From a virus (taxonomy: Duplodnaviria > Caudoviricetes): a DNA stretch of 57,140 nucleotides. The notes under the pieces are model-generated. The model was not told the origin of the DNA, searched no databases, and saw only the letters and a program-made list of their open reading frames with translations. The translations under genes and the position numbers were made by a program. Below are positions 18,540-25,950 of this stretch, piece after piece (position 1 is the stretch's first letter; every line of letters starts with the position of its first letter). The DNA is taken from positions 1-57,140 of IMG/VR virus record IMGVR_UViG_3300024054_000020. One strand, 5' to 3'.

Positions 18540-18718
18540 TGCATAAGGCTACTTCGACGCCAATCGTTGTAGCAGGTGAGATTGCCTCTGCGGTGAAGTT
18601 CTTGGCGGAACTTATTAACCGCAGTGAAACGTGTTGGTGTAACGGTAGCACACCCCCCCACCCGGGGGTGGAAAAGGTTCGATTCCTTACACGTGATTGC
18701 AGTCGGTAGCCTTATGTG
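18540..18718 (+). ncRNA. Y RNA (YrlA)-like candidate: long closing stem enclosing a tRNA-like domain
   Basis: CATAAGGCTAC/GTAGCCTTATG stem; D-arm GTGT-AACGGTA-GCAC and T-arm AAGG-TTCGATT-CCTT inside. Confidence 0.45.
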
Positions 18719-18765
18719 AAATTTGTCTAGTTGGTCTAGGAGATGGTAAATGTGAATAATACGAA

Positions 18766-18842
18766 GAGAAATTGGCCGAGTGGCTTAAGGCGTGGAGCTG
18801 CAACCTCCATTTTCATCAGTTCGAATCTGATATTTCTCTCCA
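18766..18842 (+). tRNA. tRNA-Cys(GCA)
   Basis: Cloverleaf, TCCA. Confidence 0.88.
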
Positions 18843-19486
18843 TATTGTTTAGAAAATAATGCAATTCTGAAATATAATTCAGAAATTGAAATAGTAGACT
18901 TGTTGTGTTTATGTTGATTTAATTTATGTGGTATTATTTCACAATTGGCAGGATGTGAAATAACATCAGGATCAATATTATTTTTGTATCCATCTGATAT
19001 AGAATATAAATGATCCCGGGAACAACCATTTAGATTATTTCCTCTGTTTGACGGAGAATACCAACCATAGCGTTCAATTAATGTTTTTGCTGTAGAAAAC
19101 CATTCGGGGAATTCCTTAATAGAAAATTTAAAAGTACACTCGTATCTATACTTATCTTTTGGGTTATTTTTTACACTGAATGGTTTTCTTGATTTTTGAC
19201 ACGAATGTCGTTTCCAATCTTGGATTCTTATCGTTTTTGCGCATCTTACACAAGAAAGTTTTATTTGATGAAAATATCTTGTATAACCTCGTACCTTATT
19301 TTTGTTTAGGTATTGAGCAGCACACGATAAACTACAAAATTTGTTATAGCACTTATTTCCGCAGCACAGACATAAATTTAAGGTTTGTTTTCGTTTGCAC
19401 TACTCTGAATCAAAATGTTTTTGAATATTAGAGGCATCTGTTGGTTGTTTGCATAAGATGCAGGTGCACTTTCTTGAACTAGTCAT
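18785..19486 (-). pseudogene. HNH-type homing endonuclease with Cys-rich N-terminus, interrupted by one in-frame TAG (codon 29)
   Basis: Manual translation MTSSRKCTCILC...FDSE*CKRK...FCSLSC...SRDHLYS...HPANCEIIPHKLNQHK; GAGGAG RBS; absent from ORF track. Confidence 0.75.
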
Positions 19487-19498
19487 GTTATCTCCTCG

Positions 19499-19506
19499 TA
19501 TAAATA
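19499..19506 (+). promoter_or_regulatory. T4-type late promoter
   Basis: TATAAATA. Confidence 0.4.
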
Positions 19507-19620
19507 TTTGCGAACCAGACAGCCATCACTCCTCGTGTGGTTGATGTTTCGCTCTAACGGAACATCTAATGGTTCATACTTATTTATGCAAATGGAGTTG
19601 CTAGACTCCACAGTTTAAAA

Positions 19621-19686
19621 AGAATGGTTACAGCAAATAAATTCTTTGATAGAGACCGAGGCTGTAGGCCTCGATATACCATTCTG
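19621..19686 (+). ncRNA. TACAGCAA-motif RNA copy 2
   Basis: AGAATGGT-TACAGCAA...ACCATTCTG. Confidence 0.5.
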
Positions 19687-19697
19687 AAATAATTATT

Positions 19698-19782
19698 GGG
19701 TCAGATGGGAGAATAGGTACTCCCACCAGTCTGTAAAACTGGCGCCTCGGCACTGCTGGTTCGAATCCAGCCTGACCCACCA
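19698..19782 (+). tRNA. tRNA-Tyr(GTA)
   Basis: Class II cloverleaf, CCA. Confidence 0.9.
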
Positions 19783-19791
19783 AAACATAAT

Positions 19792-19877
19792 CCTGCAGTG
19801 GCCGAATGGGTAGGCACCGTCTTGATAAGGCGTGATCGACAAGATCAAAGTTGGTTCGAGTCCAACTTGCAGGACCA
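19792..19877 (+). tRNA. tRNA-Ile(GAT), long variable arm
   Basis: Loop TTGATAA; V-arm GATC-GACAA-GATC; CCA. Confidence 0.8.
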
Positions 19878-19884
19878 AAACAAT

Positions 19885-19959
19885 GCTGCATTAGCACAGG
19901 GGTAGTGCAATCGCCTTGTAAGCGATAGGTCGTCTGTTCAAATCAGACATGCAGCACCA
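19885..19959 (+). tRNA. tRNA-Thr(TGT)
   Basis: Cloverleaf, CCA. Confidence 0.9.
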
Positions 19960-20021
19960 ATTTTAATTTTAAGGAGATGTTCAATCATGAAACAAAAATC
20001 TAAGGACCCAATGAAACGAAT

Positions 20022-20095
20022 GGGGGTATAGTTCAGTGGCAGAACATCTGGCTTTTAACCAGTCAACTCGAGTTCGATTCTCGGTGCCCCTACCA
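20022..20095 (+). tRNA. tRNA-Lys(TTT)
   Basis: Cloverleaf, CCA. Confidence 0.88.
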
Positions 20096-20138
20096 TCAAT
20101 TTTGATTATTGCATTTATGGAAGTGTCATAATCAAAAT

Positions 20139-20232
20139 AGTCCTGTAGTGTAATGGTAGCACGCGAGTCTTATAAGCTCGATTACCGCCAGATTAGCGGG
20201 TAGAGAAGGTTCGAATCCTTCCAGGACTACCA
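20139..20232 (+). tRNA. tRNA-Ile(TAT), long variable arm
   Basis: CGAGT-CTTATAA-GCTCG; CCA. Confidence 0.8.
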
Positions 20233-20237
20233 AAATT

Positions 20238-20316
20238 TGCGAAAGAGTGAAACGGATTAATCATACCTGTCTCATAAGCAGGAGATATCGGGTTCGACTC
20301 CCGTTTTTCGCAACCA
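20238..20316 (+). tRNA. tRNA-Met(CAT)
   Basis: CCTGT-CTCATAA-GCAGG; ACCA. Confidence 0.8.
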
Positions 20317-20411
20317 TATTACTCGAGAAAGAAAACAGTCTAACTGGGGGCACTGGTTTAGACATAAGAATGCGGTAAAAGTCCGAACAGGCGCTCACAG
20401 AATTTTAATAT

Positions 20412-20496
20412 GTCCCTTGTTCCAGACATCGGTCTTCTAAACCGATCCTTAGAGTTTGGCGGACGGCGTGGGGTTCAACTCCTCCAAGGGGCACCA
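20412..20496 (+). tRNA. non-canonical tRNA-Arg(TCT): no D-arm, enlarged variable region
   Basis: ATCGGT-CTTCTAA-ACCGAT; acceptor GTCCCTTG/CAAGGGGC; ACCA. Confidence 0.6.
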
Positions 20497-20508
20497 GAAA
20501 ATAAAAAT

Positions 20509-20583
20509 GCGGCATTAATTCAGCGGTAGAATGTTTCGTTGCCAACGAAAATGTCGTCGGTTCGATCCCGACATGCCGCTCCA
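20509..20583 (+). tRNA. tRNA-Gly(GCC)
   Basis: Cloverleaf, TCCA. Confidence 0.92.
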
Positions 20584-20591
20584 TTAACAAT

Positions 20592-20668
20592 CGCCATGAT
20601 GCCGAAGGAGCCGAGGCAACGGTCTTTGAAGCCGTCCGAAGTGGGTGCGAGTCCCACCATGGCTGCCA
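20592..20668 (+). tRNA. tRNA-Gln(TTG)
   Basis: ACGGT-CTTTGAA-GCCGT; 1-72 mismatch; GCCA. Confidence 0.8.
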
Positions 20669-20709
20669 ATTTGCAATTAAATGTAGCACAATGTAATATA
20701 AGTATTATG

Positions 20710-21613
20710 CAGCATGATGCCGATAATGCATCGCAAGATGCAAAAAGCTAGGAAGTACCTACTACACTAGCGCCTAGCAATAGGTCGATTCATGCAAGCC
20801 TAACCTCCCTGGTGACAGGGCAATCACTTACAAATGCGGTGGTTGTAATAGGAACGTGAATGGTGTGACAAGAACTTGTACTTAGACGCCGGCTTGTCCG
20901 GGAACGTCAGTACATGGAGAGTGCGAAAGCATAGACGGGTGGTGCCGATCTCACACTTAAACCAAATTCATCACCTATGAAGGTAAAAGGTAGGATTAAG
21001 CTCTGATCCAGCAAGAAAGGGGTTTAGTCCAGAATAATAGGTTGCGGTCAATGTCTGCAAGAAATGACATGCACGCCATCTAGAAATTCGGTTGAGTATG
21101 CGGCAGCAGAAAGACAGATCAAGAAGCGTATTTTGTTACTCAAAAGGTAATGAAGCGTTGAGTGCGCTCTTGATGTAGGTGCATATTAAGTTGATCAATG
21201 TAGATCAATCTCTATTTGAAGAGACTGTTGTTGGTTCAAGTCCAACCTTATTAAAAATGCAAAGTCGCACTCATAACAACATGACAAATAACCTAAACCA
21301 ATCCATCGAAAGATGAAGGTTGGCATACAAGGCTCGCAAGGCTAAGTGTGTTTAGTTGAGGTCGCATCTAGGGTGTAGCAGCCCGAACAGCCCGCAAGGT
21401 TGGGAGTAGATCAATACTAGAGTAATGTTGTTAGATCGTTGAAATGCCACAACGTTAAAAAGGCGGTTATGCAGTCAGACGATTTTGAATCGTGGATAAG
21501 TTCAGAACCCTGTACGCAATACAGTGGATAATGGAACTAAGGTGGCTGTGCTAATCATGTAATCTCAGTGATTAGGTTTTCAATGAATCTTCTTACGAGG
21601 GTTCATCGAAAAC
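20710..21613 (+). ncRNA. large structured ncRNA, GOLLD-like
   Basis: ~900 nt without a long ORF, many GNRA-capped hairpins (GCAA/GAAA), embedded tRNA-like arm set, located inside a phage tRNA array; family assignment from recall only. Confidence 0.6.
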
Positions 21614-21618
21614 ACAAT

Positions 21619-21701
21619 GCCCGGGTGGTGGAATTGGTAGACACACTGTCCTCAAAAGTCAGCGCGTAAGCATGTCGGTTCGAGTCCGACTTCGGGTACC
21701 A
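21619..21701 (+). tRNA. tRNA-Leu(CAA)
   Basis: Class II cloverleaf, CCA. Confidence 0.9.
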
Positions 21702-21709
21702 AGTACAAT

Positions 21710-21802
21710 GGTGGAATGGTCGAGATGGATTAAGACATCATCCTGCTAAGATGAAGAACCAAGAAATTGGTTCCGTGGGTTCGAATCCCACTTCCGCCGC
21801 CA
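21710..21802 (+). tRNA. tRNA-Ser(GCT)
   Basis: Class II cloverleaf, GCCA. Confidence 0.92.
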
Positions 21803-21810
21803 ACGATTAA

Positions 21811-21863
21811 AGGATGCCTACAGCAAACTAATTTTCTACTGTGGAAACCAAAAGTGCATCCTG
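21811..21863 (+). ncRNA. TACAGCAA-motif RNA copy 3
   Basis: AGGATGC-C-TACAGCAA...GCATCCTG; compensatory changes versus copies 1 and 2. Confidence 0.5.
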
Positions 21864-21871
21864 TCCCATTC

Positions 21872-21946
21872 GCTCCGTTAGCTTAACGGTAAAAGCAATT
21901 GTCTCTAAAACTTTTTACGTCAGTTCGATTCTGACACGGAGCGCCA
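21872..21946 (+). tRNA. putative amber suppressor tRNA (CTA)
   Basis: Loop CTCTAAA; perfect acceptor, D and T arms; anticodon stem has two U-U mismatches; GCCA. Confidence 0.7.
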
Positions 21947-21973
21947 AATTTTATCAACAAAAGGAGAAGCAAA

Positions 21974-22000
21974 ATGATGTAGATGCCCAAGCCACCTTAA
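21974..22000 (+). promoter_or_regulatory. mini-ORF with internal amber codon (M-M-*-M-P-K-P-P-stop)
   Basis: AAGGAG RBS at 21961; ATG ATG TAG ATG CCC AAG CCA CCT TAA. Confidence 0.5.
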
Positions 22001-22051
22001 ACTGTTTTGATGGAAACTAAAAACTATCATTTACAATTTAAGGAGAAAATC

Positions 22052-22369
22052 ATGGAACAAAAACAATTTCTAATTTCAAAAGAAGATTATTTAACAATCA
22101 AGGCAACCTGGAAAAAACAACCTAGAGAATCGTGGGAACACATTGTCTATAATATTCTTAGGTCAAAGGATCTTAAGAATGGTTTTACGGAAAAAACCAA
22201 AAATATCCAGGGTAATAATTCTTGGTACGCATACAATGAAGCAAAGAGGTATGCTATCAGGGTATGTTCTACATACAAGGATGGCGATTGGATGAAACGG
22301 TACGAGATCAATTTCAAGAACCATTTTGGAATTGATAAACCAGAAGGTTTCTTTAAGGATCTATCATGA
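22052..22369 (+). CDS. hypothetical protein
   Basis: AAGGAG RBS before ATG 22052. Confidence 0.7.
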   Translation: MEQKQFLISKEDYLTIKATWKKQPRESWEHIVYNILRSKDLKNGFTEKTKNIQGNNSWYAYNEAKRYAIRVCSTYKDGDWMKRYEINFKNHFGIDKPEGFFKDLS

Positions 22370-22671
22370 CTCCTTATTTGTATCTTTTCATTCGTGACGA
22401 TCTTTCGCATGCTCAGCAAATCATTCAGACTGCTCATGCAGTGGAAAAACTATTTCATAAGATTGAAATTCCTCTTAAGATGAGTCATGTAGTATTATTT
22501 TCTGCATCATCCGAAGAAGATCTGTTCATCGCCTCTGAATGGTTGAGTTTTCATGAAATTAGACATTCAATGTTTTTTGAACCAGATATTGGTGCATATA
22601 CGTCAATTGCAGTTGAACCATTAACTGGCGATAGAAGAAAGATAATGAAGAAGTTTAAAATGAAACGGTAA
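22366..22671 (+). CDS. peptidyl-tRNA hydrolase type 2 (Pth2)-like protein
   Basis: LYLFIRDDL...QTAHA...EPD...TSIAVEP pattern. Confidence 0.65.
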   Translation: MTPYLYLFIRDDLSHAQQIIQTAHAVEKLFHKIEIPLKMSHVVLFSASSEEDLFIASEWLSFHEIRHSMFFEPDIGAYTSIAVEPLTGDRRKIMKKFKMKR

Positions 22672-22750
22672 ATAGAGGAGCGGGGCTCCAAGCAATTTCG
22701 AAAATTGTTCCACCGAAAGGTTGATGGTTCGAGTCCATTATTTACCTCCA
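22667..22750 (+). tRNA. tRNA-Ser(CGA), divergent
   Basis: GGTAAAT/ATTTACC acceptor; GCAAT-TTCGAAA-ATTGT; V-arm; TCCA. Confidence 0.65.
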
Positions 22751-22841
22751 CGGCAAAAAGGAGGTCGGGGTGCCCACGCACCGCCGGATAAGAGTCAGAG
22801 TATAAACTGAGCCTCACGAATTCATAGCGTATTGGATAATA

Positions 22842-23105
22842 ATGGAATTAATCATAATTGTTACGGATGATGAAGGTTGCGTAATGACAGATGGAACCTT
22901 CATCCCACTTAAGCATAGAATAATTTATGATGGTCACTATTTTCATGGTGCTGAAAACCTTGTGCGATACATGCCGAATGCACAACAATTTTTAGAAATG
23001 ATAAGAATGAATATAAACGGTAACACTGGACGTTATCATTGGGCATGGGAACAGATGACAAATAGTAAATCTGGAACCGTCAAATTTGGAGAACAGAATG
23101 GGTAA
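22842..23105 (+). CDS. hypothetical protein
   Basis: ORF. Confidence 0.55.
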   Translation: MELIIIVTDDEGCVMTDGTFIPLKHRIIYDGHYFHGAENLVRYMPNAQQFLEMIRMNINGNTGRYHWAWEQMTNSKSGTVKFGEQNG

Positions 23106-23457
23106 AAAGAATTGCTGCGAGCATGGAACACAATTTAATCAGACATTAAAAAGATACGGCCTTTATAAATGTTTTTGTTGTAATTCTCAATATGAATATA
23201 ATGATAAAAGTGGGCTCTGTCCTGGTTGTAGAGGCGATATAAAAACTCAAAAGAAAATATTAAAAACTAAAGAAAAATTACATACTAAAATGGCGCAAAT
23301 AGAACAACAACTGTACAATTTGCGTAAAGACTGCACACACCCAAGAGTTATTAAGTCCGGTAATTCAGACATTGGTAATTGGTGCAGAGGTGATGACCGT
23401 TATTGGTATGATTTTGTGTGCCCAGACTGTGGCGCTAGATGGTCAGAGAATCAATAA
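23098..23457 (+). CDS. Cys-rich (zinc-binding) hypothetical protein
   Basis: Several CxxC pairs. Confidence 0.6.
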   Translation: MGKKNCCEHGTQFNQTLKRYGLYKCFCCNSQYEYNDKSGLCPGCRGDIKTQKKILKTKEKLHTKMAQIEQQLYNLRKDCTHPRVIKSGNSDIGNWCRGDDRYWYDFVCPDCGARWSENQ

Positions 23458-23921
23458 TGATTTACGTTGATATGGATGGTGTGCTTGTTGATTTTAACAA
23501 AAAAATCAAACAACTGTTTGACAAAAATTTCAAAGATTTAAACAATGATTGGATATGGAAGCGATTATCTCAACACCCAAATCTATATTTGGATTTGGAT
23601 CCAATGATTGATGCGTTTGATTTATGGTCTGAGATTAAACATTTAAACCCCCAAATTCTTACAGCTATTCCAAGCAAAGTTGATATGCCTAACGCTATGA
23701 GTGACAAAATAGAGTGGGTGAGGAATTATTTGGGTGCTGAATATAAAATTAATTTTGGTCCGCATTCTGTTGATAAACAAAAATGGTGTAATCCTGGTGA
23801 TGTTTTGATTGATGATAATTACTTAAATGTTTCCCAATGGAATGATAGAGGTGGAATTGGTATTCTCCATTCGACTGCTATTGGTACAATTAAACAACTA
23901 AAAACAAAAGGGATATTATAA
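23457..23921 (+). CDS. HAD-family 5'(3')-deoxyribonucleotidase
   Basis: IYVDMDGVLVDF, LIDD motifs. Confidence 0.85.
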   Translation: MIYVDMDGVLVDFNKKIKQLFDKNFKDLNNDWIWKRLSQHPNLYLDLDPMIDAFDLWSEIKHLNPQILTAIPSKVDMPNAMSDKIEWVRNYLGAEYKINFGPHSVDKQKWCNPGDVLIDDNYLNVSQWNDRGGIGILHSTAIGTIKQLKTKGIL

Positions 23922-23926
23922 AATAT

Positions 23927-24014
23927 GGAGAGTTCCCGTAGAGGCTATCGGAGCCGCCTGGAAAGCGGCGAACCAGTAATGGTTCCGTGGGTTCGAGTCC
24001 CACACTCTCCGCCA
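23927..24014 (+). tRNA. tRNA-Ser(GGA)
   Basis: Class II cloverleaf, GCCA. Confidence 0.9.
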
Positions 24015-24019
24015 AGACA

Positions 24020-24312
24020 AACTGGCGTTTGTAAAACGGCGTAAAACCTTAGTCAATAAGGGTTCTCTGGATTCGGCTATCGTATGCCGACACCTCCACC
24101 AAAAGTGTATTCATATTAGTACATTTTTGATGGGGGTGAAAGGATTCGACAGGGGATTAGATAGGACGAATGGCGCTCGTCAAGCACTGACGTAAAATAG
24201 AGCAAAATGTAATAAATGCAAATGATGCATATTTCGGAGAGATGCGCCTAGCAGCGTAATCACCGCGGGGTCTTCGGGGATTGTCCTTGTCAGCAAATCA
24301 ATCCCCATTTTT
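24020..24312 (+). ncRNA. ssrA: circularly permuted (two-piece) tmRNA
   Basis: Acceptor 3' strand CACCTCC-ACCA (ends 24101) precedes 5' end GGGGGTGAAAGGATTCGAC (24132); G3:U70; tag ANDAYFGEMRLAA* at 24218-24259. Confidence 0.88.
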
Positions 24313-24356
24313 AGTGTCTTTGGGTAAAGTTACTAAAAATTTAATAGGAGATTATC

Positions 24357-24710
24357 ATGAAAAGACGATTGAAACCAAAAAATTTTGGTGCAGTTGAATG
24401 TTATTCCTGTGGTGACATTGTTGATATTGGAAACGCCACACAAAGAAACATTAGTATCAATGTAGGTCATTCAGGACCATCAATTACTACAGGCAAGAAT
24501 TTTTTGGGCACATTAACAGGACACATTAAAGGTCCTTTGGACATTCGAGTAAATTCTGGGCGGCAATATTTTCGTAATAAAACAGTCTGGGTGTGCAACG
24601 AATGTTCTGACTTGGATCGAAAAGATTATTGGCGCAAGGTCAAATTGGTGTTTTTACTTTGTGTCGTATCATTCGTTGTAACTGTGTATCTGTTTTATAT
24701 TAAAGTTTAA
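24357..24710 (+). CDS. hypothetical protein with C-terminal TM helix
   Basis: AGGAG RBS; CxxC pairs. Confidence 0.65.
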   Translation: MKRRLKPKNFGAVECYSCGDIVDIGNATQRNISINVGHSGPSITTGKNFLGTLTGHIKGPLDIRVNSGRQYFRNKTVWVCNECSDLDRKDYWRKVKLVFLLCVVSFVVTVYLFYIKV

Positions 24711-24722
24711 CGACAACAAAAT

Positions 24723-24810
24723 GGGAGTTTAGTTTAATTGGCAAAACATTGGTCTCCAAAACCAAGGACAGATAATGCACGTGGGGGTTCGACTCCCTCA
24801 ACTCCCGCCA
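24723..24810 (+). tRNA. tRNA-Trp(CCA), enlarged variable region
   Basis: TTGGT-CTCCAAA-ACCAA; GCCA. Confidence 0.85.
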
Positions 24811-24822
24811 TATTAATATAAT

Positions 24823-24900
24823 GGATAGTAGTCGGGCAAGATGCAACGAGCTTCCCTCATAAAGAAGAACAGACTGGTTTGATCCCAGTACTATCCACCA
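24823..24900 (+). tRNA. tRNA-Met or Ile2 (CAT)
   Basis: Loop CTCATAA; GGATAGT/ACTATCC; CCA. Confidence 0.7.
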
Positions 24901-24905
24901 TAAAC

Positions 24906-24978
24906 ACCGTCGCCAATGGAATGGCGGTGTGCCTACGAAGCACGCAATGCGAGCGTTCGATTCGCTCCGACGGTACCA
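24906..24978 (+). tRNA. tRNA-Arg(ACG), lacks 8-9 connector
   Basis: GTGC-CTACGAA-GCAC; ACCGTCG/CGACGGT; ACCA. Confidence 0.7.
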
Positions 24979-24983
24979 CTTTT

Positions 24984-25059
24984 GCATCTGTGTAGTGAGA
25001 GGTTAGCTACTTCCGTGACAAGGAAGACTATACTGGTTCGAGTCCAGTCAGATGCACCA
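24984..25059 (+). tRNA. tRNA-Val(GAC)
   Basis: CTTCC-GTGACAA-GGAAG; CCA. Confidence 0.8.
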
Positions 25060-25075
25060 TTCATAGGAGATTGAT

Positions 25076-25282
25076 ATGTCTTATAAAGCAATATTAAGTG
25101 GCTTTGAAACTAAAGAGCAAGCCGAGAAATTCTTAGATTGGTTTGAGGGTCAAGGCGAACAAGATGACACTATTGGTGAATGGTTAGGTGATGGCATTAG
25201 TAGCATAACCTGTGATGTAAAAACAGGAATGATTGAACACGAGGATGGGTTTGAATATCGAGTAAAGATTTATAAGAATTAA
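25076..25282 (+). CDS. hypothetical protein
   Basis: AGGAG RBS. Confidence 0.65.
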   Translation: MSYKAILSGFETKEQAEKFLDWFEGQGEQDDTIGEWLGDGISSITCDVKTGMIEHEDGFEYRVKIYKN

Positions 25283-25550
25283 TCATCAAGTCTAACGCTG
25301 CTCTATATAGAGTAGAGGAAGTTCAGGACTTTCGTGAAAGACGAGTAGGAGAAGATATAGCTCGGGTAGCGTCACAATACGCGGACCCGATGAGGCTTCG
25401 CCAAACTACCGTGATATAGAAAGCAACACAAACAGAACTTGGGAATCTTTCACCTATAGGTTCGGGTTGTGGCAGCACTTAGTGTGCCAGTTTGTCAAAA
25501 ACTGAGATGAATGTTAGATTAGATACAGAATCCTGGCTATTAGATGATTA
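25280..25550 (+). ncRNA. rnpB: compact RNase P RNA
   Basis: CR-I GAGGAAGTTCAGGAC and CR-V ACAGAATCCTGGCTA form P4; P1 TAATCATC/GATGATTA; P2 TCTAAC/GTTAGA. Confidence 0.82.
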
Positions 25551-25556
25551 ACCGAT

Positions 25557-25630
25557 GCCTCTGTAAGTTAAAAGTAGACTACTTCTCCGGTAAAGAAGAA
25601 ACGGCGGAGCGTTACCGCCCTGAGGCACCA
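25557..25630 (+). tRNA. tRNA-Thr(GGT), C33, atypical T-loop
   Basis: CTTCT-CCGGTAA-AGAAG; CCA. Confidence 0.7.
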
Positions 25631-25652
25631 CTGATTAAATGAGAGGAACAAA

Positions 25653-25784
25653 ATGTATAGTTGGCCAACTTGGTTGTACAAAATTTGGGCGGCGTTTGTT
25701 ATCATAAATATTTTTCCTTTGATCGTGTTCGGAAGAATGTTTGAGTGGTTCATGAAAAGAATTGGGAAGGAATGGAAATATTAA
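25653..25784 (+). CDS. small hydrophobic protein (43 aa)
   Basis: GAGG RBS; MYSWPTWLYKIWAAFVIINIFPLIVFG... Confidence 0.5.
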   Translation: MYSWPTWLYKIWAAFVIINIFPLIVFGRMFEWFMKRIGKEWKY

Positions 25785-25786
25785 AT

Positions 25787-25862
25787 GGGAGTATCGTATA
25801 GTGGCTGATTACCTACGGCTCTTACCCGTATGACCAGAGTTCAATTCTCTGTGCTCCCACCA
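25787..25862 (+). tRNA. tRNA-Lys(CTT)
   Basis: TACGG-CTCTTAC-CCGTA; CCA. Confidence 0.88.
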
Positions 25863-25950
25863 GAATGAGTGAGAAATAACTATATCATGATTAATCCAAT
25901 GGACTTTAAATTTCGGATTGTTAGTCCATCAATCGTTAAAAGGAGGCATT

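Noticed and set aside
19180-19431. Plus-strand 83-aa ORF
   Set aside because: Shadow of the minus-strand HNH frame
16590-20751. Many 60-120 aa ORFs in the ORF track across the RNA island (e.g. 16590, 16693, 17349, 17436, 18092, 18449, 19628, 20405)
   Set aside because: They overlap tRNA/ncRNA genes, mostly antisense, and lack RBS or recognisable motifs
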